A stretch of DNA of 64,000 bases from positions 42,904,001-42,968,000 of the forward strand of contig NC_043010.1 of the NCBI RefSeq assembly GCF_006345805.1, given 5' to 3'. Positions 12,424-24,846 of the stretch are shown piece after piece. Below the pieces are notes generated by a model. The model searched no databases. It was not told the DNA's origin and saw nothing but the letters and a program-made list of their open reading frames with translations. Numbering within the stretch: position 1 is the first letter of the stretch; each line of letters starts with the position of its first letter. Made by a program: the position numbers and the translations under genes. Origin of the DNA: Octopus sinensis (taxonomy: Eukaryota).

Positions 12424-12516
12424 CAAAATATTTTCGTCGCTTTAAGACCGCGACCTGTTCAGCATGGATTTTTGTCAGTGAACAGGTCGCGGTCTTAAAG
12501 CAACGAAAATATTTTG
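12424..12516. repeat. 93-nt hairpin: 38-bp arms with 1 mismatch, 17-nt loop
   Basis: CAAAATATTTTCGTCGCTTTAAGACCGCGACCTGTTCA (12424-12461) / TGAACAGGTCGCGGTCTTAAAGCAACGAAAATATTTTG (12479-12516). Confidence 0.95.
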
Positions 12517-12944
12517 ACAAATTAAACTTAAATATTGAAGTGAATCGAATGGCTTTTGTGTGTTTCTTAAATGGCTTACAAACACCTTCCACGCTGCAAT
12601 TATTTATGCATTGAACTTTTGAAAGTTTGGATTCCATTCTCGGGATAGTTCCAACTGCAGTTTCTATAGCTTTTTCTAGATGATAATGGCTGACTCTATG
12701 AAGACTATCTTGATAAGAGTTGATTACTAAGCCTTAGTAGCCAGTGTAGCATATGCTATGGGTCATACATCCTCAAGGCATCTGTGCTAAATGTATGCAA
12801 ACTGGCAATTCTGATTCCATAATTCTGCCCATGTTGTATTTTTTTTTTTTTTCTTGAGCCCTAAGACTCATAAGGCTGGTTACCCTGTTTCCATGGCAAT
12901 ATATGTGACCAAAATCACGGTATTTTCCAGAACAGAGCACTGGT

Positions 12945-13160
12945 CTATTGCAGGGCACAAGGCCAGCAATTTTTGAAGGGAGGGGATCAGTCAAGTACAT
13001 TGAGCCCAGTGCTCAACAGGTATTTTATTTTATCAACCTTGAAGGGATGAATGGTGAAATTGACCTTGGTGGGATTTCAATTCAGAATTTAGGTAACTGG
13101 AAGAAATGCCACTAAGCATTTTGTTCGATATGCTAATGATTCTACCTGCTCTCCACCAAT
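12945..13160 (-). mobile_element. old SINE copy
   Basis: Same family as 1213-1428; CpG-depleted. Confidence 0.8.
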
Positions 13161-16100
13161 ATGCTGTATTACTATAGAACTATACTGTTTCCAACTTTTG
13201 TGAATGACTGGGTGTTTAAGGTTGATCCAATACTTGGAATACTTCTGACATCCAATAAACTTTAAACAAATTGCAACAATTGAATGGCATTGGTAAATAA
13301 ACAGATATACTTAATTTTCGTTGATTGCTAATTAATATGCTTGCCATTCTATTTCTCTTTTAAATTCATACAATAATTTAATTAGGTTTAATTATTATTA
13401 TCATACAAAAATTGAAATTAATTATTTTTTCATAAATAAAATCTGTTTAATAAATCATGTTTATATTTGTATATTATAGACTCTATAATGCTAGCCATTC
13501 ATTTAAAATTAGATTGAGATTATTAAATGAGTCAGAAACATTCTATTGTGTGCAGTTTCTATTTTAACATTATGTTGTTCTATAATGCTATAGCACAAAT
13601 AAGTTTAAATTAAAATAATCACATTTTCAACATTAAAACAAACTTTCATTATATTTAGGTTAGTTTATCAGGACAATATCCAACTTGTGCATTTTAGTTG
13701 TTTTAATAACCATGATATATTTATAAGTGAATTTGTGTAGTGGAGCATTTAAGCTTTGCATTAAGTTTGGTTTGGAATGAAATAAGAATCTAGATAATTC
13801 CACAGGTAAAGGTTCATGAATTCAACATACATGAAACAATTGGTAAAGAATGTTTGCAGGTTTCATGTATATCCTGAATATTGGCAGTTAATAGCTGTTC
13901 ATTAATAAAGTTCATTCAACCTCAGATAACCTGTTCAAACATATATATTTATAGATCTTTGAGGAATGCTGCTTTTATTTTGAATTTTCTTACAGATGAA
14001 ATCCATGATGAGGGATGGAATGCTAACATAATTCACTATGTTTAAGCTATAGTTTTTCAGAGCCAACTATCAAACTGATTCAAATACATCAAGTAGTGAA
14101 TATGTATCAAATTTATAATAAACAGTGGAACCCTTTTATTAATTTTGATTACGCCCACCTCATGTCAACTGATTTGTGCACATTGTTCTTTTAAATATAC
14201 ATAAAAGTAATTATATCCACAACTGTAATAATTACATAAAAGTAATAATAATTTGGCTCATTGGTGGAATACACATATAGCAAACCAACGACCCTCACCA
14301 TTGCCACCATATGCTAGCTGAGCAACATCTATTTTTGATTAGCAGACTAAATCTGTAAATAAATTTCTAAACTAAGAGAAGTCAAAAAACTAAGTAGGTT
14401 GTGATTACTATCATGTTATTAAATAAAAGTTTAGATGCACTTTGGCTTTTATTTCAACCAAAACCTAAATATTTTATCAAATTATAATAAAGGAAAATAG
14501 TATTGACATAAAAGGTGTCTCAATCAAAGACAACAACATGAGTAGCAAGTATTGGAGTTACAACCAAAAATTAAAGAACTGAAAGGGTTGTCAAGAAGCA
14601 TTAATTTTCTCTGAATTTGGTCAAAGCCTGAGACCTTTTCCATTTCATTCTGTGTGCATAGGTTTCTTGTTCTTTTTTTACACAGGTGCTACAAAGGTAC
14701 TAAAATTAGCAAAAATTCCTATCTTATTTATTAATTCCTCCCTCTCCCAAATTAATAAGATTTTTGTAATTAACATGTAAAACTATATCTGTGGAGAAAA
14801 TTTCCAAAAAGTTAAGTGCAATATATGAAATAGCAAAGACCAAAAGCCTACACACTTTTCACTGCTTCTCTCTGTTGGCGGGATCTCTTTTATGTGGTAG
14901 TATCTGACTGTGGTGTTCACTTGACCATTGTAAAGAATATCAGATACCAGGTGGTCAGCTTGTACAGATGCAACAAAAGTACTTTTACACAGGTTTTCTT
15001 TGTACTTAAAACATGGATTAGAGGATGTTTCAAATCACAATGATTAGAAGAGGAAATGTATACAACAGGAACTACTTTGGGGACTACTTTGAGACATGAT
15101 GAAGTTGAAAACAAGAATGATGGTCATATTGTAGGATCAAGTATTGCTCCTTTGCAATATTCTGGCTATGACTGGAACACAGCTTGTGCATTTCATGAAT
15201 CTTTGGATATAATAAAGCTATGTGTGTTTTCATACTTTGAGATAAAGATCAAGAGTTTAGTTGAGTGTAAAGATTGTTGACTACAAACATGAAGAGAACA
15301 CAAGCAAAATCACAAGCATAATGAATTCAGTGGTTCTAGCATTCTTCATCCATTTGTTAAATTTCAAGCACCCTAGAAGATTAGATGCCAAACATTTCTT
15401 GCCATTTTTTATAACTTGCTTTCTGCCCTGTCAAAATGCTTGGAAGTTTATCAAAAGGTGAATAGGGAATTTAGATTCTTTTCTTAGTTACAGTGGTTTA
15501 CACCCAAAGGGATTTTATGTAAAGAGTTCACCAACTTTTGTCATACCATATTTAGAAGATTTGGAAAGAAGTCCTGAAAAAGAATTTATACTGCTTAATA
15601 AACTGTTTAATACAATTCTTTACAGGTTTGGCTTTATAAATGTAGAAAATTGCCTTATGCATCTATTTGTCACACATGGTTACCAACTGCAATGGAAAGT
15701 GTTCATTTTTAAAAATCCTAGGGATTTAAAATATATTAAGTACCACCATGGTCATATACAGATTGAACAATCTCACTAAAGAGCTTTGAACATGTCTTTA
15801 TGAGTGAAATAAGCATTTCCAGTATCACCAACAGATTTGCTTAAGTAAATCTAGAAAATGCAACATTTAGATTTGTATTTTTACTAAGCAATTAATTTGT
15901 TTTTGATTTTTAAAAAATTAAGGTTCCCTTTGTAATATATGCAACAGATTCCACTCTAGCTTAACTCAATCCTACTTTGAGCACCATTGTCTTTTGGACT
16001 GCAGTACAAAAATAATTCTAAGGTTAGATAGTATGAGTTATGTTATGACATTTTGTAGTCATCAGTGTCTTTGTTATGGACTGTTCATTATCAGCTGCAA

Positions 16101-17332
16101 TAATTCTGAGAGTTTTCCTTTGCAGTTGACTGAAGAAACTAAGTGAAGCATTCAGTCATATGTATCTGCCTATTTGCAGCTTTCTAGAGCCTGCTAACCC
16201 TTAAAAAAAAAACTTGATTAGCTGGTGAGATATAGTTTGGTGTACACCAGCTATAAACCCAAATTTTCAAGCTAATATTTTCATAGTTATTGTTAGTATT
16301 GAGATATTTAATACATAGAGCCTTAAAAATCTAACTAGAAATAATTATGTGAAAAGAAAAAAAAAGCACAAAAAAAAACAATATTAGTCAATGAATAATA
16401 TTTTAATTAATTTGGAAAATATGGGAGGCAACTCCAGGTATGTTTTGTTTTCAATGACCTCATCAGTGAAGCATAGATTTTGCCTTTCTGGCCAAAGTAG
16501 TGAGAGAAGAATCACAGATAGTGTTTCTGAGTTTGTTTATTCTCATATGGTCATAGATAATGCATTATTCAAAGACAATTTCTAAAATGCATTTTATGGT
16601 TAGAAGATGCCTTTTCTGATTGATTCAAATGTTACCTCCAGTTTTCTGCTCAAGCTTATTGCATATATAACAAATATTACAAACAAACATGCTGCATATC
16701 TTAACATAAAGCATTCTGATATTGTATATGCTTATATTTCAAACTGTATAAGGATTTCTGATAAAGGGCATTGTGATAAATAATTTTGTTCTATAAAAAC
16801 TAAAGTATAATTTCATACAAGATAACAAATTAATTTAATAAATAATACATCGTCATTATAATAGAATATCTTGTATCAGAAACATGATGTAATACAGCAT
16901 CAGAATGTTAGACAGTAATTGGAGAGAACTCTACCAAATTTTCTTGAGACAAAATCAGCAGAGTTCTGCCCAGAATTTCACATCCCAAATCAGTTTGAGT
17001 TGAGACCATTCTGCCACTTCAACAGAAATTGCAACATTAAACTTCTACTGGGGCCACCAACACCTTTGTAGTATATTATAATACAATTTCTTAATAGTTT
17101 AGCATGATAAAGTAGATTGTAGTGTTGGAGTCTGTATCACAGATAGGTTTTATCATAGATTTTGGCAGTAGCTTCCTAATAAAATACATAAGGTTGTTGT
17201 TTAGCCCAAGATCAGCATTAATCAAGTAGAGTTATGATCAAAAGCATTTAAGCTAATATCTTTCCATATATTTAGAGGTATCTAGAACAACAATATTCTT
17301 ATTCTTAGTTAAGACAGAAAAATGCGTTTTAA

Positions 17333-17552
17333 CCCTTTAACATTTAAACTGGCCAAATCCGGCCCAGATATTCTATCCATTTTATGTTTGAATTGGCCAG
17401 ATCTGGCTTCTCACACCTACCTTACAATGTCATTCTAAAAATATATATAATCACATCACTGAATTATCAAGACACAAGATAATATGTAATTAATTCAAAG
17501 CCATGTGAATAATAGGTATTACCTTTGACTAAGTAATTTGAATGCTTAAGGG
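17333..17552. mobile_element. piggyBac-type MITE
   Basis: TTAA|CCCTTTAACATTTAAA ... TTTGAATGCTTAAGGG|TTAA; TTAA TSDs at 17329-17332 and 17553-17556. Confidence 0.85.
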
Positions 17553-19206
17553 TTAAAAGCAATTTGGCTGCTATTTCTACATATTTAAGTGACTATATGG
17601 AGGCTTCCTAGTTGGCACAAATATACAAGGTTGGGTACTATAGTGTATTCTAATATAGTATCATCTACTATGAATCATGATAATATAGGGATCAGAGTAC
17701 TATGATTATTTTGATAAAGAAAATGAAACACAACATATTTCAATATAAAAACAATATTAAATATGTTTTATTGTGAAGTAAGAAATGTTGAATAGTGTTG
17801 TCATACAGTGCCCTATGTATTATAATGTCTTGAGATGTAGCTGAAAGAGGTAGTGTCTTTATGATATAAAGAGCTATCATTCAGAGCTATTTCTCCACAA
17901 GTTAAGATTATGTATTACAGTAAGTACGATAATATAATATAGGAAATGCTGGATATACTTCACGTTTTCTGCACTACTTATAATTACCCTATCATTTAAA
18001 AATAGCAGTTATTTTATAAAATCAGATTTACATGTACCTCATTATAATGTTTAACACACCATTTCAATATTCAATCCATGCTACTGGAATCAATATATTT
18101 TAAAGTGAATTAATTCCTACAGCAGTTAAAAGATTGCAAAAGCCATATTTTCAAACAAGAATTTAGAATAGTTTTTAGTTAAACAAATTGTAGATAAAAC
18201 CATGTTCTCTGGTGGCTTTCTTCATTATTAGGATATCAATTTGGGTTATATTATAATTTTAGTTTTATCTGAAACAAATGATACATAAAGACTAAATAAT
18301 TTATCCCAAATGAACAATACATTATGAAAGATGATATCTAAGTAAAATATGATAGCTGAGATGTATAACAAAGTTAAACTAAGTATCACAGTTGAGCCAT
18401 ATAACATAACACAGCTGAAAGGTTTCCACATTTTAACTAAATATGTAAGTCTGTAAATTTGTATATGAAAAAAGTATGCACATATTCATATGTGCAGTGA
18501 AATGTATACATACAAATGGTTGGCACTAGAAATAACATTCCCCCATAGGGATCACCAAAATAGATCACATTAAGTTAATAGATTACAAATTCAAAGTACT
18601 ATGCAAGTACTGTAGCCATGTCACTGGAAGAAGTTATAAAATTTAAAAAAGAAATTTATCTGTTGTATGCAAGGGATCTAAGGATAAAAATTGAAGAATA
18701 TACATCTGTGAATATAGGAAAAATTTCTACAACAATATCTGATAATTTGTAATATTTTCTGTGATAACAGTCAACATGTTATGGAGTTAGACTGGACATA
18801 TGGTCACTCAGTAATGAGAGTTGATGAAATTTAAAGCTGTTCTTTTTTTTATATCTGGACAAAATCTCATTCAACAAAAATTAGAAAATGTCACCTAATA
18901 TTCATGTCTGACTTTCAATTTATTTTGGGAGTCAAAATTGATGAAAACAAAAGTGAACTAGTTTCCTCAGCTTATTGGTAGTGATATTGTATTTAATTAT
19001 GCAACTATAATATACTACAAAGTATATTAAACCTTTTTATAAGTCAATACTCTGCTCTACTGTGTTAGCAGTGTTATTACATCACTTATTAAGGTTGTCT
19101 CTACAGATTTTCATAACAAAATCAGTGCTGGCAATAATTTCTATAGAAAATCTGGAGAGGTAACCTTAACCAGTGGTCCTCAGTTTATATGCCCACCTGT
19201 GGAACT

Positions 19207-21759
19207 TTACAAACACATATATTTACTGACAGGAGGATATTCGTCACTTGTGGATGCTGTTGCTGGAGCAATATTGCTTTTATTGTCTTGTGATCGATTA
19301 ACTAATGATCCTGTGTTTACTGCTTCTGTTGAAGTTTCATTACCTTTCTGCAATGTTTGAACATTACCACCACAGTTTTCATTACAGCTACTGCCGATGT
19401 TGTTGCTGTTGTTATTAGAATTATTATTGGAACAAATGTGAGAGGAAATATGTTCAGAATTAGAATGAATAATTTGGATAGGTTGTGATGGTAAAGATGG
19501 TACTTTTATATTATGAGTGCGTTTATGTCTTTGCAAAGCATCTCTACGGGAAAATTGCTTAGGGCAAATCTCGCAGTGATATGGTTTTTCACCAGTATGA
19601 ATTCTTGCATGAATACGCAAATAGTCTCTCTGGGAAAACTGTTTCAGACAAATCTCACAGTGGTAAGGTTTTTCTCCAGTATGTGACCTCCTGTGTACGG
19701 CTAGTGTATTTTTACGTGCAAATCTCTGCCCACAAAATTCACATTCAAATGGACGTTCACCTGTGTGAATACGCTGATGTACAACCAAATAGTCCTTTTG
19801 CACGAACTGCTTGAAGCAAATGTTACATTGATAAGGGCATATCAAAGGCTGATTCTGTTGAACTTGCAAAGTATTTTGTTGTGGGAAATGTTTTGGACTT
19901 TGGCTATGAGAGAAAGGCTTAAAACCAACGTGCGTTTGCCTATGTATCTGCATTGCAGCTTTCTGTGAAAATTGGGCAGAACAAATTTCACATTTGAATG
20001 GCTTATTTCCAGTGTGTGAACGTCTGTGTATTACTAAAGTGTCTTTCCGAGAAAACCGTTTTGGACAAAGATCACAGTGGAATGGTTTTTCCCCAGTGTG
20101 TATACGCTTATGTATGACTAGATAGTCCTTTTGTGCAAACTGCTTGAGACACACCTCACACTGGTATGGTTTCTCACCTGAATGACGTACTCTATGTATT
20201 TTGAGAGTATCTCGACGAGCAAAGCTTTTTGAACAGATGTCACAAACAAATCTCTTGATTTTTACTTTCGTCTGAGGATGATGAGACCTTTGATGAGAAA
20301 GAAGCTTATCTCGTTTTATGAAGTTCATCCCACAGAGAGAACAGCTATATGGCTTTTCAAAGGTGTGCTGAGTACGTCGGTGTATTTGAAGTGTCTCACG
20401 GCGAGAAAATTTCTGAATGCAGAAGTCACACTGAAAAGGTTTCTCACCTGTATGTGTTCTGTAGTGTATTTGAAGCTTATCCTTTTGAGAAAATTGCTGA
20501 AGACACACATCACACTGGAATTTTTTTTCCCCTGTATGTATCTTGCGGTGGATTTGTAACGTACTCTTTCTTGCAAATGATTTTGAACAAAACTCGCATA
20601 CAAATGGTCTCTCACCAGTATGGACACGTCTGTGTATCTGCAAATAGTCCCGTTGTGCAAATTTCTTCCAGCAAATATCACAGCTATGTCTCTGTTTTCT
20701 AGAACTGTGTGGATTATTGCTATGTGTTTGTTTATGACTTTCAAGTTTCTGCCGCTTAGCAAACTGCATCCCACACACATCGCATCTGAAAGAGGTTTCA
20801 CCAGTATGAGTCCTTCGATGAATCTGAAGTGTATCTCGCCGAGCAAATTTCTGAATACAAAAATCACACTGATAGGGCTTTTCCCCAGTATGACTGCGCC
20901 TGTGAATTTTCAGGTAATCTTTTTGAGCAAATGACTGAAGGCATATATCACATTGATATTTTGGTTTATGCTCTTGTGATGATTCCATTTGACAGTGTGA
21001 TTGATAGGGCACTTTGTTGTCCTGTTGTTGGTAGTATATTGTTTGTTGTTGTTGTTGAAATTTAGGCTTTTGTTGATCTTTAACACCGTCATGCTGTTTA
21101 AAATGAGTTTTCTGATGAATTTTCAATGTATCTTTTCTAGAGAACTGTTTTTGACATATTTCACAATGGTAGGGTCTTTCCCCAGTATGTAATCTTTTGT
21201 GTATCTGTAGATAGTCTTTCTGAGCAAATTTTTTTAAGCATATATCACAGTGAAATTGTTTCTCCCCAGTGTGAGTACGCTTGTGGATTCGCAAGGTATC
21301 CCTACGGCCAAAGCTTTTAGAACAAACATCACACTGAAATGGTTTCTCTCCAGTATGAATTCTTCGATGAATCTGCATTAAATATTCCTGAACAAACTCC
21401 TTTCCACAGTAACCACAGAATAGTTGCCTAGGTTTTGTAGTCATGTTAATTTTATTTGCTTCAAGTTGATGTTTCTGATCAACAGTGGCGTCCGAATAGA
21501 ATGACTTTGATGATGAAGACATTGCCAATGATAAGTTGGCTTCTGAAGTAGTCAGTTGAGGTTTTTGGTGACAGTGAGGGCTGGCTTGTTTTGCAGATGA
21601 ATTATTTGTCATAATATCTTCTGATATAGATGATGATTGTGTTGGTGGTTGTTGTGGGGATACATAACATGGTTGACTAGATGGACTGCCATACATATCA
21701 TTAAGTAAAACTGTTTCATTGACCGGAGTTAGTCGAGGTGTTTGAAGACCTGAATCCAA
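19207..21759 (-). CDS. C2H2 zinc-finger protein ZNF-B, 3' segment (20 fingers)
   Basis: 850-codon open frame with 20 C2H2 motifs and TGEKP linkers; begins at TTG rather than ATG, overlapping the end of the upstream ORF; AATAAA on the minus strand at 18919-18924. Confidence 0.95.
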   Translation of the reverse strand: MDSGLQTPRLTPVNETVLLNDMYGSPSSQPCYVSPQQPPTQSSSISEDIMTNNSSAKQASPHCHQKPQLTTSEANLSLAMSSSSKSFYSDATVDQKHQLEANKINMTTKPRQLFCGYCGKEFVQEYLMQIHRRIHTGEKPFQCDVCSKSFGRRDTLRIHKRTHTGEKQFHCDICLKKFAQKDYLQIHKRLHTGERPYHCEICQKQFSRKDTLKIHQKTHFKQHDGVKDQQKPKFQQQQQTIYYQQQDNKVPYQSHCQMESSQEHKPKYQCDICLQSFAQKDYLKIHRRSHTGEKPYQCDFCIQKFARRDTLQIHRRTHTGETSFRCDVCGMQFAKRQKLESHKQTHSNNPHSSRKQRHSCDICWKKFAQRDYLQIHRRVHTGERPFVCEFCSKSFARKSTLQIHRKIHTGEKKFQCDVCLQQFSQKDKLQIHYRTHTGEKPFQCDFCIQKFSRRETLQIHRRTQHTFEKPYSCSLCGMNFIKRDKLLSHQRSHHPQTKVKIKRFVCDICSKSFARRDTLKIHRVRHSGEKPYQCEVCLKQFAQKDYLVIHKRIHTGEKPFHCDLCPKRFSRKDTLVIHRRSHTGNKPFKCEICSAQFSQKAAMQIHRQTHVGFKPFSHSQSPKHFPQQNTLQVQQNQPLICPYQCNICFKQFVQKDYLVVHQRIHTGERPFECEFCGQRFARKNTLAVHRRSHTGEKPYHCEICLKQFSQRDYLRIHARIHTGEKPYHCEICPKQFSRRDALQRHKRTHNIKVPSLPSQPIQIIHSNSEHISSHICSNNNSNNNSNNIGSSCNENCGGNVQTLQKGNETSTEAVNTGSLVNRSQDNKSNIAPATASTSDEYPPVSKYMCL

Positions 21760-22562
21760 GGAAAGTGTTTGCTCGGGACGTTATTATGCATAGATTTTTC
21801 AGCAATATTATTTGATGGAGATGAACAAGAACTTGGCTGTTCATGAGAACTGTTTCTACTGTTGCCTTTGTGGTTTCCATCAGTGTTAGCTGCATTACTA
21901 CTATTTGAATTGTGCTGCATGTGTTTACCAATTCCATGACTAGATCTTGACATTCCTCTATTTTCTTCATTATGGAAGTGCTGACTGCTGGTACTGTTAT
22001 GGATTTGTTTATCTGGCAAATTACTTTGAGAGTTCTGAGAAAAATGTTTCTCAGAAATACTATGTGACATTCTGTGTGATGGATGGGCCACAAGGTTCTG
22101 AACATATTGTTTGCCACCACCATCACTTTGAACATGCTGCCCTTGTTGCATGCTTGACCTCTGAGAAAAATGTTTTCCAGAAACAGATGTATCATTGCTG
22201 TGGATTTGTTTTTCAGCAATATGTGATATTCTCTGTGGAGGTAAGGTGTGTCGTGGTAGAAAATCCTTGGGAAAAAGATCTGAGTGAAACACTGAATCAG
22301 TTATGTATGCCATTCTAGGTGTTTCCAAGCAATGCTTCTGAGGGAATTCCTTACCAAACATATCACAGTGAATAGGGTTTTCTGTTATATAGGTTAGTCT
22401 TGGTGTATCTAATCGCTGAGAGAGATCTCTCCCATAAATGTCACAGTAAATTGGTGTTTGATTGCGCTGGTTTATTCTGTGAGTTGCAATGCTATGTCTA
22501 GGTGAATACTGTTTACTATGAAGACTTCCATGACTGGTTCTGTCACTAACGGATCCATCCAT
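21760..22562 (-). CDS. ZNF-B 5' segment (degenerate finger-like repeats, His/Ser-rich); joins the 3' segment across a 1-nt frameshift (~1118 aa total)
   Basis: ATG at 22562; the repeat motif GKEFPQKHCLETPRMAYITD aligns without gaps to SKHFP|LDSGLQTPRLTPVNE across the junction CAC TTT CC|TTG. Confidence 0.8.
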
Positions 22563-22712
22563 ATCCACAGGATGTTTCTAGTGTCTATGTAAGAAATATA
22601 TCAGTCATTTTATTAATCATCTCAAATTGATCCAAGATTAAACTGAACCTATAACGCTCTTTTATGACAGTTCAGAATAGAAATTCTTTCTCCAAAGGCA
22701 TTATTTGAAAAC

Positions 22713-22730
22713 CTGAAAAGAAGAAAATAG
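22713..22730 (-). other. putative splice acceptor upstream of the ZNF-B coding exon
   Basis: Minus strand CTATTTTCTTCTTTTCAG|GTTTTC, ~150 nt upstream of the ATG. Confidence 0.5.
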
Positions 22731-23130
22731 TCAAATAAGTCGAGGATTGATGAGTGGTGATACATCTAAAATTAAGTAAAAGAATATAAATATAGCTGTC
22801 AACCTTATTGTTTTAATAAGTGAATATAAAATGATATTCAGAAATAAAAAGAAGCAATAATGTGACCAGCAAAAAGGGCAAAGCATCAGTCTAAATGAAT
22901 TGTCACATTCAATTTCATCGCTCTTTTGTTATGCCTCAAGTTCAAATTTCATTAGAGTTACTATTTCACATTTCTAGTCTTTCACTAGTTTCAGTCATTG
23001 AACTGTGGTCATGCTGAAGCACTACCTTCAAAGGTTTTAATTGATTACATTAACCTCCACCCACAATATTTATTTTAATTTAGTACTTATTTTATTGATC
23101 TCTTTTGGATGGCTAAGTTAACTTTTGATT

Positions 23131-23411
23131 TATCATCATCATTGTTCAACCATGGTCGAGACAATGGAATTTACTATGCTACGCCAGACATCACGGTCCA
23201 TCATAGCATTACAGAGGTCCTGTTACTGGATGCTTGTATCCCTGGAGATTACATCAGGGTAGGAGAGTGTGCGCTCTCTAGTATCATGAGCAGATGGCTT
23301 CCAGAGGAGAAGAGTAGAAATTACCTCGTTTTCAGCTCTACAACAATGTCCAGCAAGCTGGACTCTTCTACCTTTCACAAGAGATGATACAGGTGGTAGT
23401 TTCCCATACAT
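23131..23411 (-). mobile_element. RTE-clade LINE 3' end
   Basis: YGKLPPVSSLVKGRRVQLAGHCCRAENEVISTLLLWKP...YPDVISRD...AMMDRDVWRSIVNSIVSTMVEQ* followed by a (GAT)n tail. Confidence 0.8.
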
Positions 23412-23949
23412 TTGTACTTTAGTTGATTTTGGTTTATAGAGATGCAGCTTGATATACTATATTATATTGGTAAACACACACACACATTGAGTAGACTTCT
23501 GCACAGTTTACATCTACCAAATTCTGCTTGTACAGCATTGTTAAGTTCAAAGCTATGGTAACAACTACTTGCCCAAAGTGCCATGCATTGAAATCAAATC
23601 TGAAACCATGTGATAATTTCAGATTAACCACATGGCTGTGCCTTGTGCCTTAGTTATTTTGCTTTTTACTCCTAGTATTTGAAAATATATATTCATAAAT
23701 TTGGTTTGCAAGATTCTTGATTTGAAAGTGTGTGTTGAAACAGATATGACAGAATGGACTAAACAGAACAGGGGGGATACACGTGGATGGAAGAGTTGCT
23801 GAAGAGGTCACAAATGTAAGTCAAAAGATTTCCAGATAATGGACATAAGATAAAATAAGAACAATAATAAACAAGTGAAGAACAAATATATAGTGCATGT
23901 TGTTATTTGGCAAGAAGAAAAAAAAATGACCATCCCGAAATATAACAAT

Positions 23950-24785
23950 GAGGTAAAAATTTTGCTTCCCAACCACATGGTTCCAGGTTCAATCCCACTG
24001 TGTGGCACCTTGGGCAGGTGTCTTTTACTATAACCTCGGACAGAGCAAAGCCTTGTGAGTGGATTTGGTAGGTGGAAACTGAAAAAGCCCATCGTGTGTA
24101 TGTATGTATGTATCTGTGTGTACATGTGTGTGTATGTGTGTGTGTCTTTGTATCTGTTTTGTCCCCAACTTGACTACTTGACAACCAGTGTTGGTGTGTT
24201 TACTTCCCTGTACCTTCATGATTCAGCAAAAGAGACCAATAGAATAAGTACCAGGCTTAAAGAAATATACTGGGCTTGATTCATTTAACTCAAATTCCTC
24301 AAGGTGGTGTCCCAGTTTGGCCATAGTCTAATAACTGCAACAAGTAAAAGATAAAAGATATATCATCAATCAAGCTACTGTCTGTTAATTTACTGTAATT
24401 CAAAATATTATATAATTTGACAAGCACAGTATCCCATAAGTAGAGCAGAATTTACATATTACATCTTTTTTTTATCTTTTCTATTTGCTTCAGTCATTAG
24501 ACTGCAGCCATGCTGGAGCACCACCTGAATAATTTTTAGTCAAATGAATCAATCTGAGTACTAATTTTCTTTTATATGTTTGAAAAACAAATTACCAACA
24601 ATGACTAACATAGTGTGGTGAGAAGTCTGCTTCCCAACCACATGGTTCCAGGTTCAGTCCCACTGCATGGCATCTTGGGCAAGTGCCTTCTACTACAGCC
24701 TCAGACCAACCAAAGCCTTGTTAGTGGATTTAATATATGGAAACTGAAAGAAGCCCATTGTGTGTGTGTGTGTATGCACAATAGA

Positions 24786-24846
<61 letters not shown>

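Noticed and set aside
19581-22318. Plus-strand and alternative-frame ORFs overlapping ZNF-B, and similar ones over ZNF-A
   Set aside because: Shadow ORFs of a repetitive coding sequence; no independent motifs
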